Origin: Minisyncoccota bacterium
Lineage (GTDB): Bacteria; Patescibacteriota; Minisyncoccia; UBA6257; GWB1-50-10
Assembly (NCBI GenBank): GCA_020059585.1
Contig: JAGVBU010000004.1
Location: forward strand, 16,835-80,834
DNA length: 64,000 nucleotides
Direction: 5' to 3'
Part shown: positions 17,796 to 26,817 of the stretch, in pieces
Position numbering within the stretch: the stretch's first letter is position 1
Layout of the letters: every line of letters begins with the position of its first letter
Notes under the pieces: generated by a model
Seen by the model: the letters and a program-made list of their open reading frames with translations, nothing else
Databases searched by the model: none
What the model was told of the DNA's origin: nothing
Translations under genes and position numbers: made by a program

Positions 17796-18827
17796 ATGAT
17801 TATAAGAAAAAATATAGGCATTGATCTCGGCACTCATACAACGCAGATATATCTCGAGAAAAAAGGAATCGTAATCAACGAACCCTCTATTGTCGCATTC
17901 AATAACAGGACGAACAAAATCGTTGCGCATGGAACTGAGGCGAAGAAAATGCTTTCCCGGACTCCCGCGCACATCACGGCGCTTCGACCGGTAGTGAACG
18001 GAATTATTGCTGATTTCGATATGGCAAAAGAAATGATAGAGCGTTTTTTAAAGAGTGAAAAATTTCCCCGATCGTTTATTACGAGAAGTATTGTAAGTGT
18101 TCCCACAAACCTTACTGAAGTAGAGCGAAAATCGGTTGAGGATCTTCTGAAAGAGGCGGGAGCATCAAGCGTATATCTCATTGAACAGCCTCTTGCCGCC
18201 GCATTCGGAAGTCAGCTTGATATAAATTATCCAACCGCGTATTTGATTGTTGATATTGGCGCGGGTACAAGTGATATGGCGATCATATCGATGAATGGCA
18301 TTGTAGTTTCAAAGCGGCTCAAAATAGCGGGAGATTATCTTGATCAGGAAATAATCCGCGCGGTACGTGAAGAGCTAAAACTTCATATTGGCGAACCCAC
18401 TGCGGAGGATATAAAGATAGGAGTTGGATCGGCGGTGCCTCTCGGGGAACGTCTTGAAATAACGGTACGTGGAAGGGATATGCTCAACGGACTTCCTCGC
18501 GAGATAACCATAAAAGATACTCAGGTACGATTCTGGCTTTCGCGCCCTCTTAAGGTGCTCGTGGAAGCGCTGAAGGATCTCATTGAGATTGCTCCGCCTG
18601 AACTCGTTGGAGACGTATATAAGAACGGAATTTACCTTTGTGGCGGAGGGAGTCTTCTTCGGGGGATTGGGCTTCTCTTCGAAAAAGAGGTGGGGGTGAA
18701 GGTTTGGACTGTGGAGGAACCGCTTACAAGTATTGCGCGGGGTACGGGAATCATTGCCGAGAATTTCGATCGTTTCAGCCACGTAGTGAATAATTTTTCT
18801 CGCTTCAAACTCGGAGGAACGTTGTAA
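17796..18827 (+). CDS. mreB: Rod shape-determining actin MreB (paralog 2)
   Basis: IGIDLGT, NEPSIVA, T.VERK, DIGAGT, PPELVGD, GGGSLL; directly before mreC. Confidence 0.93.
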   Translation: MIIRKNIGIDLGTHTTQIYLEKKGIVINEPSIVAFNNRTNKIVAHGTEAKKMLSRTPAHITALRPVVNGIIADFDMAKEMIERFLKSEKFPRSFITRSIVSVPTNLTEVERKSVEDLLKEAGASSVYLIEQPLAAAFGSQLDINYPTAYLIVDIGAGTSDMAIISMNGIVVSKRLKIAGDYLDQEIIRAVREELKLHIGEPTAEDIKIGVGSAVPLGERLEITVRGRDMLNGLPREITIKDTQVRFWLSRPLKVLVEALKDLIEIAPPELVGDVYKNGIYLCGGGSLLRGIGLLFEKEVGVKVWTVEEPLTSIARGTGIIAENFDRFSHVVNNFSRFKLGGTL

Positions 18828-18878
18828 AAAAGAGCGCGAACACGCGTGGGGAACGATATGGCTATATATTCGTTGTCC

Positions 18879-19574
18879 ATGAAAAAATTTCTAAAAATAT
18901 TTTCTTTCATTGCAATATCCGCTGCATTTTTTTTCTTTGCCGCGCGAAGCGATAAGGGATCTGGTTTCTTCGATCCCGCGCGCGCTTTCTTTAGATCTTT
19001 ATCGGACGCATACGTGTCTCGCGAGGAGATTATTGCGTTAAGATTGGAAAATCAATCTCTTTCTCGCGAACTCGCAGTCTTAGTGGAAAAATCGGAGAAA
19101 GCTCCTGATTATCATTATAAAACCGCGGCGGTATATTCGCGCTATCCCTCGAATGACCGTTCGTCGATAGTTATTTCAATAGGAACGGAAGATGGGGTTG
19201 TCCCCGGAATGCCGGTGATGGTTCGCGATGGGGTTTTATTTGGAAAGATACGAAGTGTTGCGCGAACGCAGAGTGAAGTGGAAACAATATTCAGTCCGCG
19301 GTGGAAAAGCAGTGTGCGCATAGGCGCTACGAATGCGAAAGCTGTATTGCAAGGTGGCGCTGTCCCTTCGATCACTCTCATTTCGAAAGAAGAATCCGTG
19401 CGAGAAGGGGAAAGCGTAGTAAACATTTCTCCCGAATTTCCCTTATACGCGTCTTTGGGTAAAATAGAGTCCCTTGAATCTTCACCGAACGATGTATGGC
19501 AGCACGGTATGCTTGAAATTTCGTATGAGCTTCAGGATATTTCGTCGGTGTTTGTGCTTCTTGATTTTCCGTAG
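18879..19574 (+). CDS. mreC: Rod shape-determining protein MreC
   Basis: TM helix, coiled coil 'LRLENQSL', 'I..G..DGV.PGMPV...G.L.GKI'; synteny. Confidence 0.88.
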   Translation: MKKFLKIFSFIAISAAFFFFAARSDKGSGFFDPARAFFRSLSDAYVSREEIIALRLENQSLSRELAVLVEKSEKAPDYHYKTAAVYSRYPSNDRSSIVISIGTEDGVVPGMPVMVRDGVLFGKIRSVARTQSEVETIFSPRWKSSVRIGATNAKAVLQGGAVPSITLISKEESVREGESVVNISPEFPLYASLGKIESLESSPNDVWQHGMLEISYELQDISSVFVLLDFP

Positions 19575-19576
19575 TT

Positions 19577-20092
19577 ATGAATAAATACGCAAATTTTTTC
19601 ATTATATGCCTTGCAGGATCCGTGCTTTTTTTTGTTCAGCAGTCGCGTGTTTTTGAAATATACGGAACGAATCCAAATCTTCTTCTTTTGTTTCTTCTTT
19701 TATGCGTATTTTTCGGAAGAATTTCATATGCATATGCCGCCTCCCTCTCTGTTTTTTTTATAGTCCTTATTTTTTTCTTATTCCCTTTTTTGAAAATGTG
19801 GATTTTCTCCGTACTCTCTGTTTTTTTTCTTGCGCTGTGGACAAAAAGAAGAATGACGGGAAATTCATCGACCGATTTTTTTGTGTGGGTTCTTTTAGGA
19901 ACACCCATTTTTTATGTGGTGTCGGAAATCGTTCTTAATATATATGAACACGGTATAAACATTGTCGATTTCTCTTTTCTCTTTCATACGTTTTTCATAC
20001 GGGAAGTCGCGTATAATATGTTATGGGCAGCCGCTTTATGGTTTTTTGCCGTGAAAACCATACGTATTCCGCGCCGTATTTCGCAATTATGA
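19577..20092 (+). CDS. mreD: MreD-like membrane protein
   Basis: Very hydrophobic, 'G..PNLLL' motif, located between mreC and mrdA. Confidence 0.7.
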   Translation: MNKYANFFIICLAGSVLFFVQQSRVFEIYGTNPNLLLLFLLLCVFFGRISYAYAASLSVFFIVLIFFLFPFLKMWIFSVLSVFFLALWTKRRMTGNSSTDFFVWVLLGTPIFYVVSEIVLNIYEHGINIVDFSFLFHTFFIREVAYNMLWAAALWFFAVKTIRIPRRISQL

Positions 20093-21948
20093 CTCACTCA
20101 GACCTTCATCTTGAAGACGTATTGACGGATCGCTCCGATGATGCCGATCTTCTTGAAATTCCCGTTGCCGACAAAGTGTTTCGGGTTTTTATATTAATTA
20201 CAGGAGTACTTTTTCTCGCGCTCGCCTCTGAGATTCTCTATTTGAATATGGGAAAGGGCGATTTTTTTGAAAAAAGAGCCGCTGCCAACATGAGTGACGA
20301 AAAAGTTCAACCAGCCGCGCGCGGGATTATTTTTGATCGTTTTGGAAAACCTCTTTTACGCAATGAGCCCGCAAATAAGATATTTATTTTACCAAGAGAT
20401 TTTCCGGAATCTCCCGAAGAACGAGTAGAGCTTCTCCGGAAAATAGGGGATACGCTTGATATTCCATGGGATGATCTTAGGAGAAGGATTGAAGAGAAAG
20501 ATTGGGGACAGAGCGACAAGTTCCTTATTAGCGCGGACGCGACTCACAATCAAATGGTCGCGCTTACCGCATTTGGCATAAAGGGAGTATACATAGAACC
20601 TAGCTTTAAGCGAATACACGAAGTTCCCCTCGCGTTTTCGCACGTTCTTGGATATACGGGTCTTGTGAATGTAACGGATATGAAAAATAACGAATCTCTT
20701 GCGATTGATGATGAAATCGGTCGCGCGGGAATCGAAGCTTATTATGATACGTATTTAAGGGGAGTGAACGGAAAAGAAGTTTTTTATCGGAATGCGAGAG
20801 GAAAAATAGAAGAACAACGCTCTGTTCGAGAGCCTGCGCCGGGGAACACTCTCATTACGAATATTGATCGTGATTTACAGCACGTCATGTATACTCGTCT
20901 TTCCGATGCGCTTTCTTCTTTGGGGCGTAATGTGGGGGCAGCGATCGCGATGAATCCGAAGAATGGAGAAATCCTCGGGTTCGTGAATATTCCAAGTTTT
21001 GACGCAAGAAATATACAGGCGGCGATTTCGGCCCCGTTTGAACCTCTTTTTAACAGAGCAGTAAGCGGTCTTTATAATCCGGGGTCGACGATAAAACCCC
21101 TTGTAGGTGTCGCGGCGCTTACCGAGGGGGTGATAGACACTACCACAAAAATTTTTTCCAAAGGATACATAGAAGTTCCTAATCCTTACAATCCCTCGCA
21201 GCCGGGGAGATTTCTCGATTGGCAGCCGAATGGATGGGTGGATATTTATGACGCGCTCGCAAAGTCGAGTAACATCTATTTTTATGAGGTTACGGGAGGA
21301 TTTGAGAATCAGCGAGGGATTGGAATTGAGGCCCTGAAACGGTGGTGGCAGAAATTCATGCTTGATAAAAAGACGGGGATCGATATTGCGGGAGAGCGTC
21401 AAGGATTTCTTCCCGACCCAGAATGGAAGGAAGAAGAAAAAAATGACCAATGGAGAGTGGGAGATACCTATAACGTAAGTATCGGTCAGGGAGATCTTCT
21501 TGTAACCCCTATCGCGCTTTTAAACTATATTTCTGCAATCGCAAACGGTGGGGTATTTTATAAACCAAGGATTGTAAAAGAAATCCGCGCCGACGAATTT
21601 GTGGTATTCGAGAATAAAATGGAGTCCATAGCGGATATTAGGAACGATATTCGGGATCACGTTGAGGATGTACGCGAGGGAATGAGAAGGGTGGTAACCG
21701 AACCGTATGGAAGTGCTCATTCGCTTTCGCAAATTCCAATGGAGATTGCTGCAAAAACAGGCACCGCGCAAGTACAAAACAACGCAAAGGTAAATGCTTT
21801 TTTTGTGGGTTTTGCTCCATTCAACGATCCTGAAATAGCACTTCTTATTCTTGTTGAAAATGCGCGTGAAGGGAGTCTAAATACAATACCTGTAGCAAAG
21901 GATATTTTCCTGTGGTATTATGAAAACCGCCTAGATACGCGACAATAA
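20089..21948 (+). CDS. mrdA: Penicillin-binding protein 2 (class B)
   Basis: ARGIIFDRFG, HVLGY, PGSTIK (SxxK), SSN, KTGTAQ. Confidence 0.95.
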   Translation: MTHSDLHLEDVLTDRSDDADLLEIPVADKVFRVFILITGVLFLALASEILYLNMGKGDFFEKRAAANMSDEKVQPAARGIIFDRFGKPLLRNEPANKIFILPRDFPESPEERVELLRKIGDTLDIPWDDLRRRIEEKDWGQSDKFLISADATHNQMVALTAFGIKGVYIEPSFKRIHEVPLAFSHVLGYTGLVNVTDMKNNESLAIDDEIGRAGIEAYYDTYLRGVNGKEVFYRNARGKIEEQRSVREPAPGNTLITNIDRDLQHVMYTRLSDALSSLGRNVGAAIAMNPKNGEILGFVNIPSFDARNIQAAISAPFEPLFNRAVSGLYNPGSTIKPLVGVAALTEGVIDTTTKIFSKGYIEVPNPYNPSQPGRFLDWQPNGWVDIYDALAKSSNIYFYEVTGGFENQRGIGIEALKRWWQKFMLDKKTGIDIAGERQGFLPDPEWKEEEKNDQWRVGDTYNVSIGQGDLLVTPIALLNYISAIANGGVFYKPRIVKEIRADEFVVFENKMESIADIRNDIRDHVEDVREGMRRVVTEPYGSAHSLSQIPMEIAAKTGTAQVQNNAKVNAFFVGFAPFNDPEIALLILVENAREGSLNTIPVAKDIFLWYYENRLDTRQ

Positions 21949-22070
21949 AAGAGAATTCCGCCGAAGATTATGGCGGTGCGTTTCAGGGTGATTCTAAAAA
22001 CATTAGATATTATGTCGACAAAAACTAACAACATCGGATTTCCGGTATCCGGAATCCTTTTCTAAATACA

Positions 22071-22532
22071 ATGGACGCCACATACCTTACGCAGGATAAA
22101 TATGATGAACTCATGAAGGAGCTTGAGGAATTAAAGACGGGAGGGCGGCGAGAAGTCGCGGAACGATTGAAGCATGCGAAAGAATTGGGAGATTTATCCG
22201 AAAATTCTGAATATCAGGAAGCGCGGGAACAACAATCAAGAATTGAACAGAAGATAAGTCAACTTGAAGATCTTCTTCGCAGCGTTTCTATTATAGAAAA
22301 GTCTTCCGCGGGAAACACGGTGATAAAAATAGGATCTCGCGTGACAGTCGAGAAGGGCGGTCAATCAATTGCGTATACTATTGTGGGCTCTCAGGATGCT
22401 GACCCCGCGCTTGGAAAGATATCGAACGAATCGCCTATAGGGAGGAGTCTTCTTGGGCTTTCCGTGGGAGCGTCCGCGCACGTTACCACCCCGAAAGGCG
22501 ATGTGGCGATAAAAGTGCTTCGTATAGAGTAA
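22071..22532 (+). CDS. greA: Transcription elongation factor GreA
   Basis: GDLSENSEY, IVGS..ADP..G.IS.ESPIG..LLG. Confidence 0.96.
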   Translation: MDATYLTQDKYDELMKELEELKTGGRREVAERLKHAKELGDLSENSEYQEAREQQSRIEQKISQLEDLLRSVSIIEKSSAGNTVIKIGSRVTVEKGGQSIAYTIVGSQDADPALGKISNESPIGRSLLGLSVGASAHVTTPKGDVAIKVLRIE

Positions 22533-22536
22533 TATT

Positions 22537-23982
22537 ATGATTGACGATCTCATCCGCGAGCGCGAGAAAAAGCTTGCGCGATATGAAACAAAAAAAAACG
22601 CGTTTCCTGCTTCGGTAAGGAGGACCGCGTCGATTTCTGATCTTCTTTCTAATTTTGATACAATCGCATCTTCAGAAGAAAAGATTTTTCTTGTAGGAAG
22701 GGTATATGCGTGGAGAGATCAGGGGAAAATAATTTTTGCGGATGTGCGTGATGAGCGTGGAAAGATACAGGCAGTGTTAAGCGAGAAAGAAACAAAAGAA
22801 ATAGAGTTTATAAAAGAGACGATAGACATAGGAGATTTTATTGAGGTAAAAGGCGTTTTTTTCTCAACTCAGCGGGGAGAAAAAAGCATTCGCGTGGAGG
22901 AGATGAGAATTATCGCGAAGACAATGCGTCCAATTCCGTCCTCATGGTATGGGGTTACTGACGAAGATATCCGTTTCAGAAAAAGATATCTCGACTTTCT
23001 GCTTAACGAAGAATCAAGAGACATATTTAGAAAAAAAAGAATCTTTTGGGATGCGGTGCGGAGCTTTCTGAATGAGTACGGTTTTTTTGAGGTGGAGATG
23101 CCTGTTCTTGAGCCTGTTCCTGGCGGCGCCGAGGCGGAACCATTTGTTACTCATCATAATGCGCTTGATGAGGATTTTTATCTCAGAATATCGCTTGAGT
23201 TACCTCTTAAAAAAATGCTGGTGGGAGGATTTGATAGCGTGTTTGAAATAGGGAGGATATTTAGAAATGAGGGTATCGATAGAGAACATTTACAGGATTA
23301 TACGCAGATGGAGTGTTATAGGGCCTATTGGGATTATCGGGATATGATGAAATTCGTGGAGGCGATGTACAAATCAGTCATCAAAAAAACATTTGGAACA
23401 CTTGCACTACAATGGAATGACAGTGTGATTAATTGGGACAACGCATGGCCGACAATCGAGTATTACGATGTTTTTCAGAAAGAATCGGGGATTGATTTGA
23501 AAACAGCATCGTTTGAAACTCTTTGCGAAAAAGCGGTCTCGCTCGGAATTTCTCTTGAGGGAATCGCGGGAAAGGGAAGAGTTATTGACCTTATTTATAA
23601 AAAAACGGTACGTCCGAAGCTTATAAATCCGTGTTTTCTCGTGAATCCTCCAGTTGAAATAGAGCCGCTCGCAAAGAGAATGGAAAACGACAAGGGACGC
23701 GTGGAACGTTTTCAGATTGTTGCGTATGGAACCGAGCTGGGGAAGGGGTTTTCAGAACTCAATGACCCAAGAGATCAGCGAGAGCGTTTCGAGGAGCAGA
23801 TGAGGCTCCGTGAGGCGGGTGATTCCGAGGCGCAGTATATCGATGAAAGTTTTCTTGAGGCTCTTGAGTACGGCATGCCTCCCGCAGGAGGATTCGGAAT
23901 GTCCGAAAGGCTCTTTTCCGTAGTGCTTGGAAAATCAATCAGGGAAACAGTTATTTTTCCCTTAATGAGAGGAGAAAAATAA
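22537..23982 (+). CDS. lysS: Lysine--tRNA ligase (class II)
   Basis: RFRKRYLD, GGA.A.PF.THHNAL, YLRIS.EL.LK, FRNEGID, YGMPP.GG.G. Confidence 0.97.
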   Translation: MIDDLIREREKKLARYETKKNAFPASVRRTASISDLLSNFDTIASSEEKIFLVGRVYAWRDQGKIIFADVRDERGKIQAVLSEKETKEIEFIKETIDIGDFIEVKGVFFSTQRGEKSIRVEEMRIIAKTMRPIPSSWYGVTDEDIRFRKRYLDFLLNEESRDIFRKKRIFWDAVRSFLNEYGFFEVEMPVLEPVPGGAEAEPFVTHHNALDEDFYLRISLELPLKKMLVGGFDSVFEIGRIFRNEGIDREHLQDYTQMECYRAYWDYRDMMKFVEAMYKSVIKKTFGTLALQWNDSVINWDNAWPTIEYYDVFQKESGIDLKTASFETLCEKAVSLGISLEGIAGKGRVIDLIYKKTVRPKLINPCFLVNPPVEIEPLAKRMENDKGRVERFQIVAYGTELGKGFSELNDPRDQRERFEEQMRLREAGDSEAQYIDESFLEALEYGMPPAGGFGMSERLFSVVLGKSIRETVIFPLMRGEK

Positions 23983-23993
23983 AACATATCACT

Positions 23994-25253
23994 ATGCTTG
24001 ATGTAAATATATTAAGAAACGATCCAGATCGCGCGAAGAGTCTTCTTCTTAGGAAAAATATAGATCCGAAGGCGGTGGATAAATTTATGCGTCTCGATAC
24101 GGATTGGCGTCAGAAGACGGCGACGCTCGACGCCCTGAAAGCAGAGCAGAATGCGCTTACAAAAGAGATGGGAAGCGCGGAAAATAGAGAAGAACTTCTT
24201 TCGAAGGCGCAGATATTAAAAAAACGAATCGCGGAGATTTCGGAAGATAGAGATTCGCTTGAAAAGAAGAGGGATGAGGCATTCGGACGACTTCCAAACC
24301 TTCCGTTTGAGGATGTGGTGCAGGGAAAAGACGAAAGTGAAAATAAAGTGATACGCGAAGTTGGAACGATTCCCGTGTTTGATTTTGAGCCGAAAGATTA
24401 TCTGACGATCGCCCAATCTCTTAAGCTTGTTGATACGGAGACCGCGGCGAAAGTTTCAGGAAGCCGTTTTGGATATCTTATGAACGAAGGAGCTCTTTTG
24501 GAATTCGCGCTTCTTCGTCTCGCGCTCGACACTGTATTACCTCATGGGTTCACTCCGGTCATACCTCCCATAATGATTCGTCCGGAAGTGTATGAGGGTA
24601 TAGGACGTCTCGCTGCCGATCAGAAGGAGGAAAGATACTATATAGAAAAAGATGATATCTATCTTGTGGGAAGCGCGGAACATACTCTCATTCCTCTTCA
24701 TATAGGACAAACATTGAACGAAGAAGAACTCCCGAAACGATATGTGGGATTTTCAACATGTTTTCGACGTGAGGCCGGATCATATGGAAAAGACACGCGA
24801 GGAATTTTACGCGTACATCAATTCGATAAAATCGAGTTTATATCATTCGTAATGCCCGAAGATTCAGAAAAAGAGCACCTCTTTCTTCTTTCGTTGCAGG
24901 AGGCGCTTATGCAAAAACTTGAATTGCCGTACCGCGTTGTTGAAAATTGCACTGGAGATATGGGGTGGACGGATGCGCGACAATTCGATATAGAGGCATG
25001 GTTTCCCTCCCAGAATAAATACCGTGAGACTCATTCGTGCTCGAATACCACAGATTTTCAATCGAGGGGTATTGGTACGAAATATAAAACGCGAGAGGGG
25101 AAAAAGGGGCTTGTATATACGCTGAACGCAACAGGGTTTTCTCAGCGTCCGATCCTCGCGATCCTCGAGAATTTCCAGACAAAAGAGGGTACGGTGAGGG
25201 TTCCGAAGGCGCTCCGCGACTATGTAGGGAAGAGTGAAATAACTCCAAAATAA
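23994..25253 (+). CDS. serS: Serine--tRNA ligase
   Basis: MLD...LR, SGSRF, CFRREAGSYGKDTRG.LRVHQF.K.E, RETHSCSN.TDFQ.R. Confidence 0.97.
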   Translation: MLDVNILRNDPDRAKSLLLRKNIDPKAVDKFMRLDTDWRQKTATLDALKAEQNALTKEMGSAENREELLSKAQILKKRIAEISEDRDSLEKKRDEAFGRLPNLPFEDVVQGKDESENKVIREVGTIPVFDFEPKDYLTIAQSLKLVDTETAAKVSGSRFGYLMNEGALLEFALLRLALDTVLPHGFTPVIPPIMIRPEVYEGIGRLAADQKEERYYIEKDDIYLVGSAEHTLIPLHIGQTLNEEELPKRYVGFSTCFRREAGSYGKDTRGILRVHQFDKIEFISFVMPEDSEKEHLFLLSLQEALMQKLELPYRVVENCTGDMGWTDARQFDIEAWFPSQNKYRETHSCSNTTDFQSRGIGTKYKTREGKKGLVYTLNATGFSQRPILAILENFQTKEGTVRVPKALRDYVGKSEITPK

Positions 25254-25266
25254 TTTCCGCGAAAGC

Positions 25267-25293
25267 AAACTCCCGTGTAAAGACGGGAGTTTT
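25267..25293 (+). terminator. Intrinsic terminator after serS
   Basis: AAACTCCCGT-GTAAAG-ACGGGAGTTTT. Confidence 0.75.
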
Positions 25294-25322
25294 ATTGCTA
25301 CAATATATAGAAAGTAATAACT

Positions 25323-26003
25323 ATGCGGTTTTTTAAAGTACTTTTTTGGATGTGCGTATGCGCTGCCGTTGCGTATGGCGGATATTTTGCGTATGAGCGC
25401 TGGTGGAACAGCGATCTCGCGGGGACGGTTGAGGGTATTTCCGTCAAAGCCATCCAAGACGGTTCAAGCGAACTTGTGGGAAAAGTGGGGGATGCCGCAA
25501 AAGAAAGTGCCTCAAATTATATAAAAGGTGCCGCTGCGGAGATATTTTATTCTCTTGGTGAAAAGTTAAATTCTTTTGCAGCCTCAATCGTAGGAGAGGC
25601 AAATGAACCGAGAGAAACACATGTAGTCGCATCGTCTTCAGACGCGGGAACAGAGACCGTGTCCGAAGAGAGTTCGAATGATTCGGCGGCTTCCTCAAAT
25701 ACTTCTGGCGGAGCGATTTCTTTGGAGTATACGGCGCGCAATGAATATCTCACTCCTCCTCCTTTTGCGACTATTGTCGCGAAGACTCGCGTTCCATTCT
25801 CATTTTCTATTAATCGCGCCGGAGTGTCATATTTGATTAACTGGGGGGATGGAACCGTATCAAAGGGAGTTGTTCCCTCAGGAAATTCATTTATTGTATC
25901 CCATGAGTGGGAGAAACAGGGAGATTACATGGCGCAAGTCGATATTCGCGAGGATGGAGCGCAAAAATATTTTTATTCATTCCCCGTAAGAATTTATGAG
26001 TAA
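25323..26003 (+). CDS. Membrane-anchored hypothetical protein with a C-terminal PKD-like domain
   Basis: N-terminal TM helix, Ser-rich linker, 'Y.INWGDGT...SHEW...G.Y'. Confidence 0.7.
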   Translation: MRFFKVLFWMCVCAAVAYGGYFAYERWWNSDLAGTVEGISVKAIQDGSSELVGKVGDAAKESASNYIKGAAAEIFYSLGEKLNSFAASIVGEANEPRETHVVASSSDAGTETVSEESSNDSAASSNTSGGAISLEYTARNEYLTPPPFATIVAKTRVPFSFSINRAGVSYLINWGDGTVSKGVVPSGNSFIVSHEWEKQGDYMAQVDIREDGAQKYFYSFPVRIYE

Positions 26004-26817
26004 TTATTCATACGCGCCTCAGCGCGATGGTTATGTATTTTCGAAAAACCGCAAAAAAAGAATGAGCGGATTTCGTATTCTCCTCGTCTCTTTTATTGTG
26101 CTTGCGGTGTGCTGCGTGGGAGTTCTTTACTTTATTTTCTTTGGAAGTTTTTGGAATGTCGCATCGATACGCGTTGAGGGATCGAGGCTTCTTGAAGATT
26201 CGTCTTTTATATCGACTACAATCGCCGAGTTGCACGCCCGAAGTGATAGTACCCGCATTATGGGGCATGACAACATGCTTTTTTGGATGTTCAGAAAAAA
26301 TCCAATGATTATCGGACATATTCCTGAAGCGAAGGAAATTTCTATTGTTACTGATTTTCCGGAGAGGACGGTGCATATACGCGTTATTGAGAGGACTATA
26401 CGCGCGGTAGCGTGTGTGCACGATACATCCGAATGCTACGGAATCGATAGTGAGGGGATGGTGTTTTCTCGGGTTCCTTGGATTGAAGGAACGCTTATTC
26501 CGCGATTTGAAAGCGCTCCGGAGAATGCGATTTTGGTGGGAAAAAAATATTTTAAGAAAAACGAATGGCTTCAGAACGTCCTTGCGAGCGTTGCGATATT
26601 GGAAGGAAAAGGATTTATCCCTTCGTTTATAAGAATTAAGGAGGAACACACCGAAGAATGGGAAGCGGTGATGCCCTCAGGGATTGTTTTTTATTTCAGT
26701 CTCAGTTTCGTTCCATCAGACCTTGAGAGAATAATCGATGATATTGCAACTCGTGTGGCGCTTGAAGGAATTTCCTATTTTGACTTAAGAATTGAAAATA
26801 AAGTCTATTATAAATGA
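25996..26817 (+). CDS. FtsQ/DivIB-like cell division protein
   Basis: TM helix, 'I.V.G', 'FP..V.I.V.ER', 'ID.EG.VF', C-terminal 'YFDLRIENKVYYK'. Confidence 0.75.
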   Translation: MSNYSYAPQRDGYVFSKNRKKRMSGFRILLVSFIVLAVCCVGVLYFIFFGSFWNVASIRVEGSRLLEDSSFISTTIAELHARSDSTRIMGHDNMLFWMFRKNPMIIGHIPEAKEISIVTDFPERTVHIRVIERTIRAVACVHDTSECYGIDSEGMVFSRVPWIEGTLIPRFESAPENAILVGKKYFKKNEWLQNVLASVAILEGKGFIPSFIRIKEEHTEEWEAVMPSGIVFYFSLSFVPSDLERIIDDIATRVALEGISYFDLRIENKVYYK

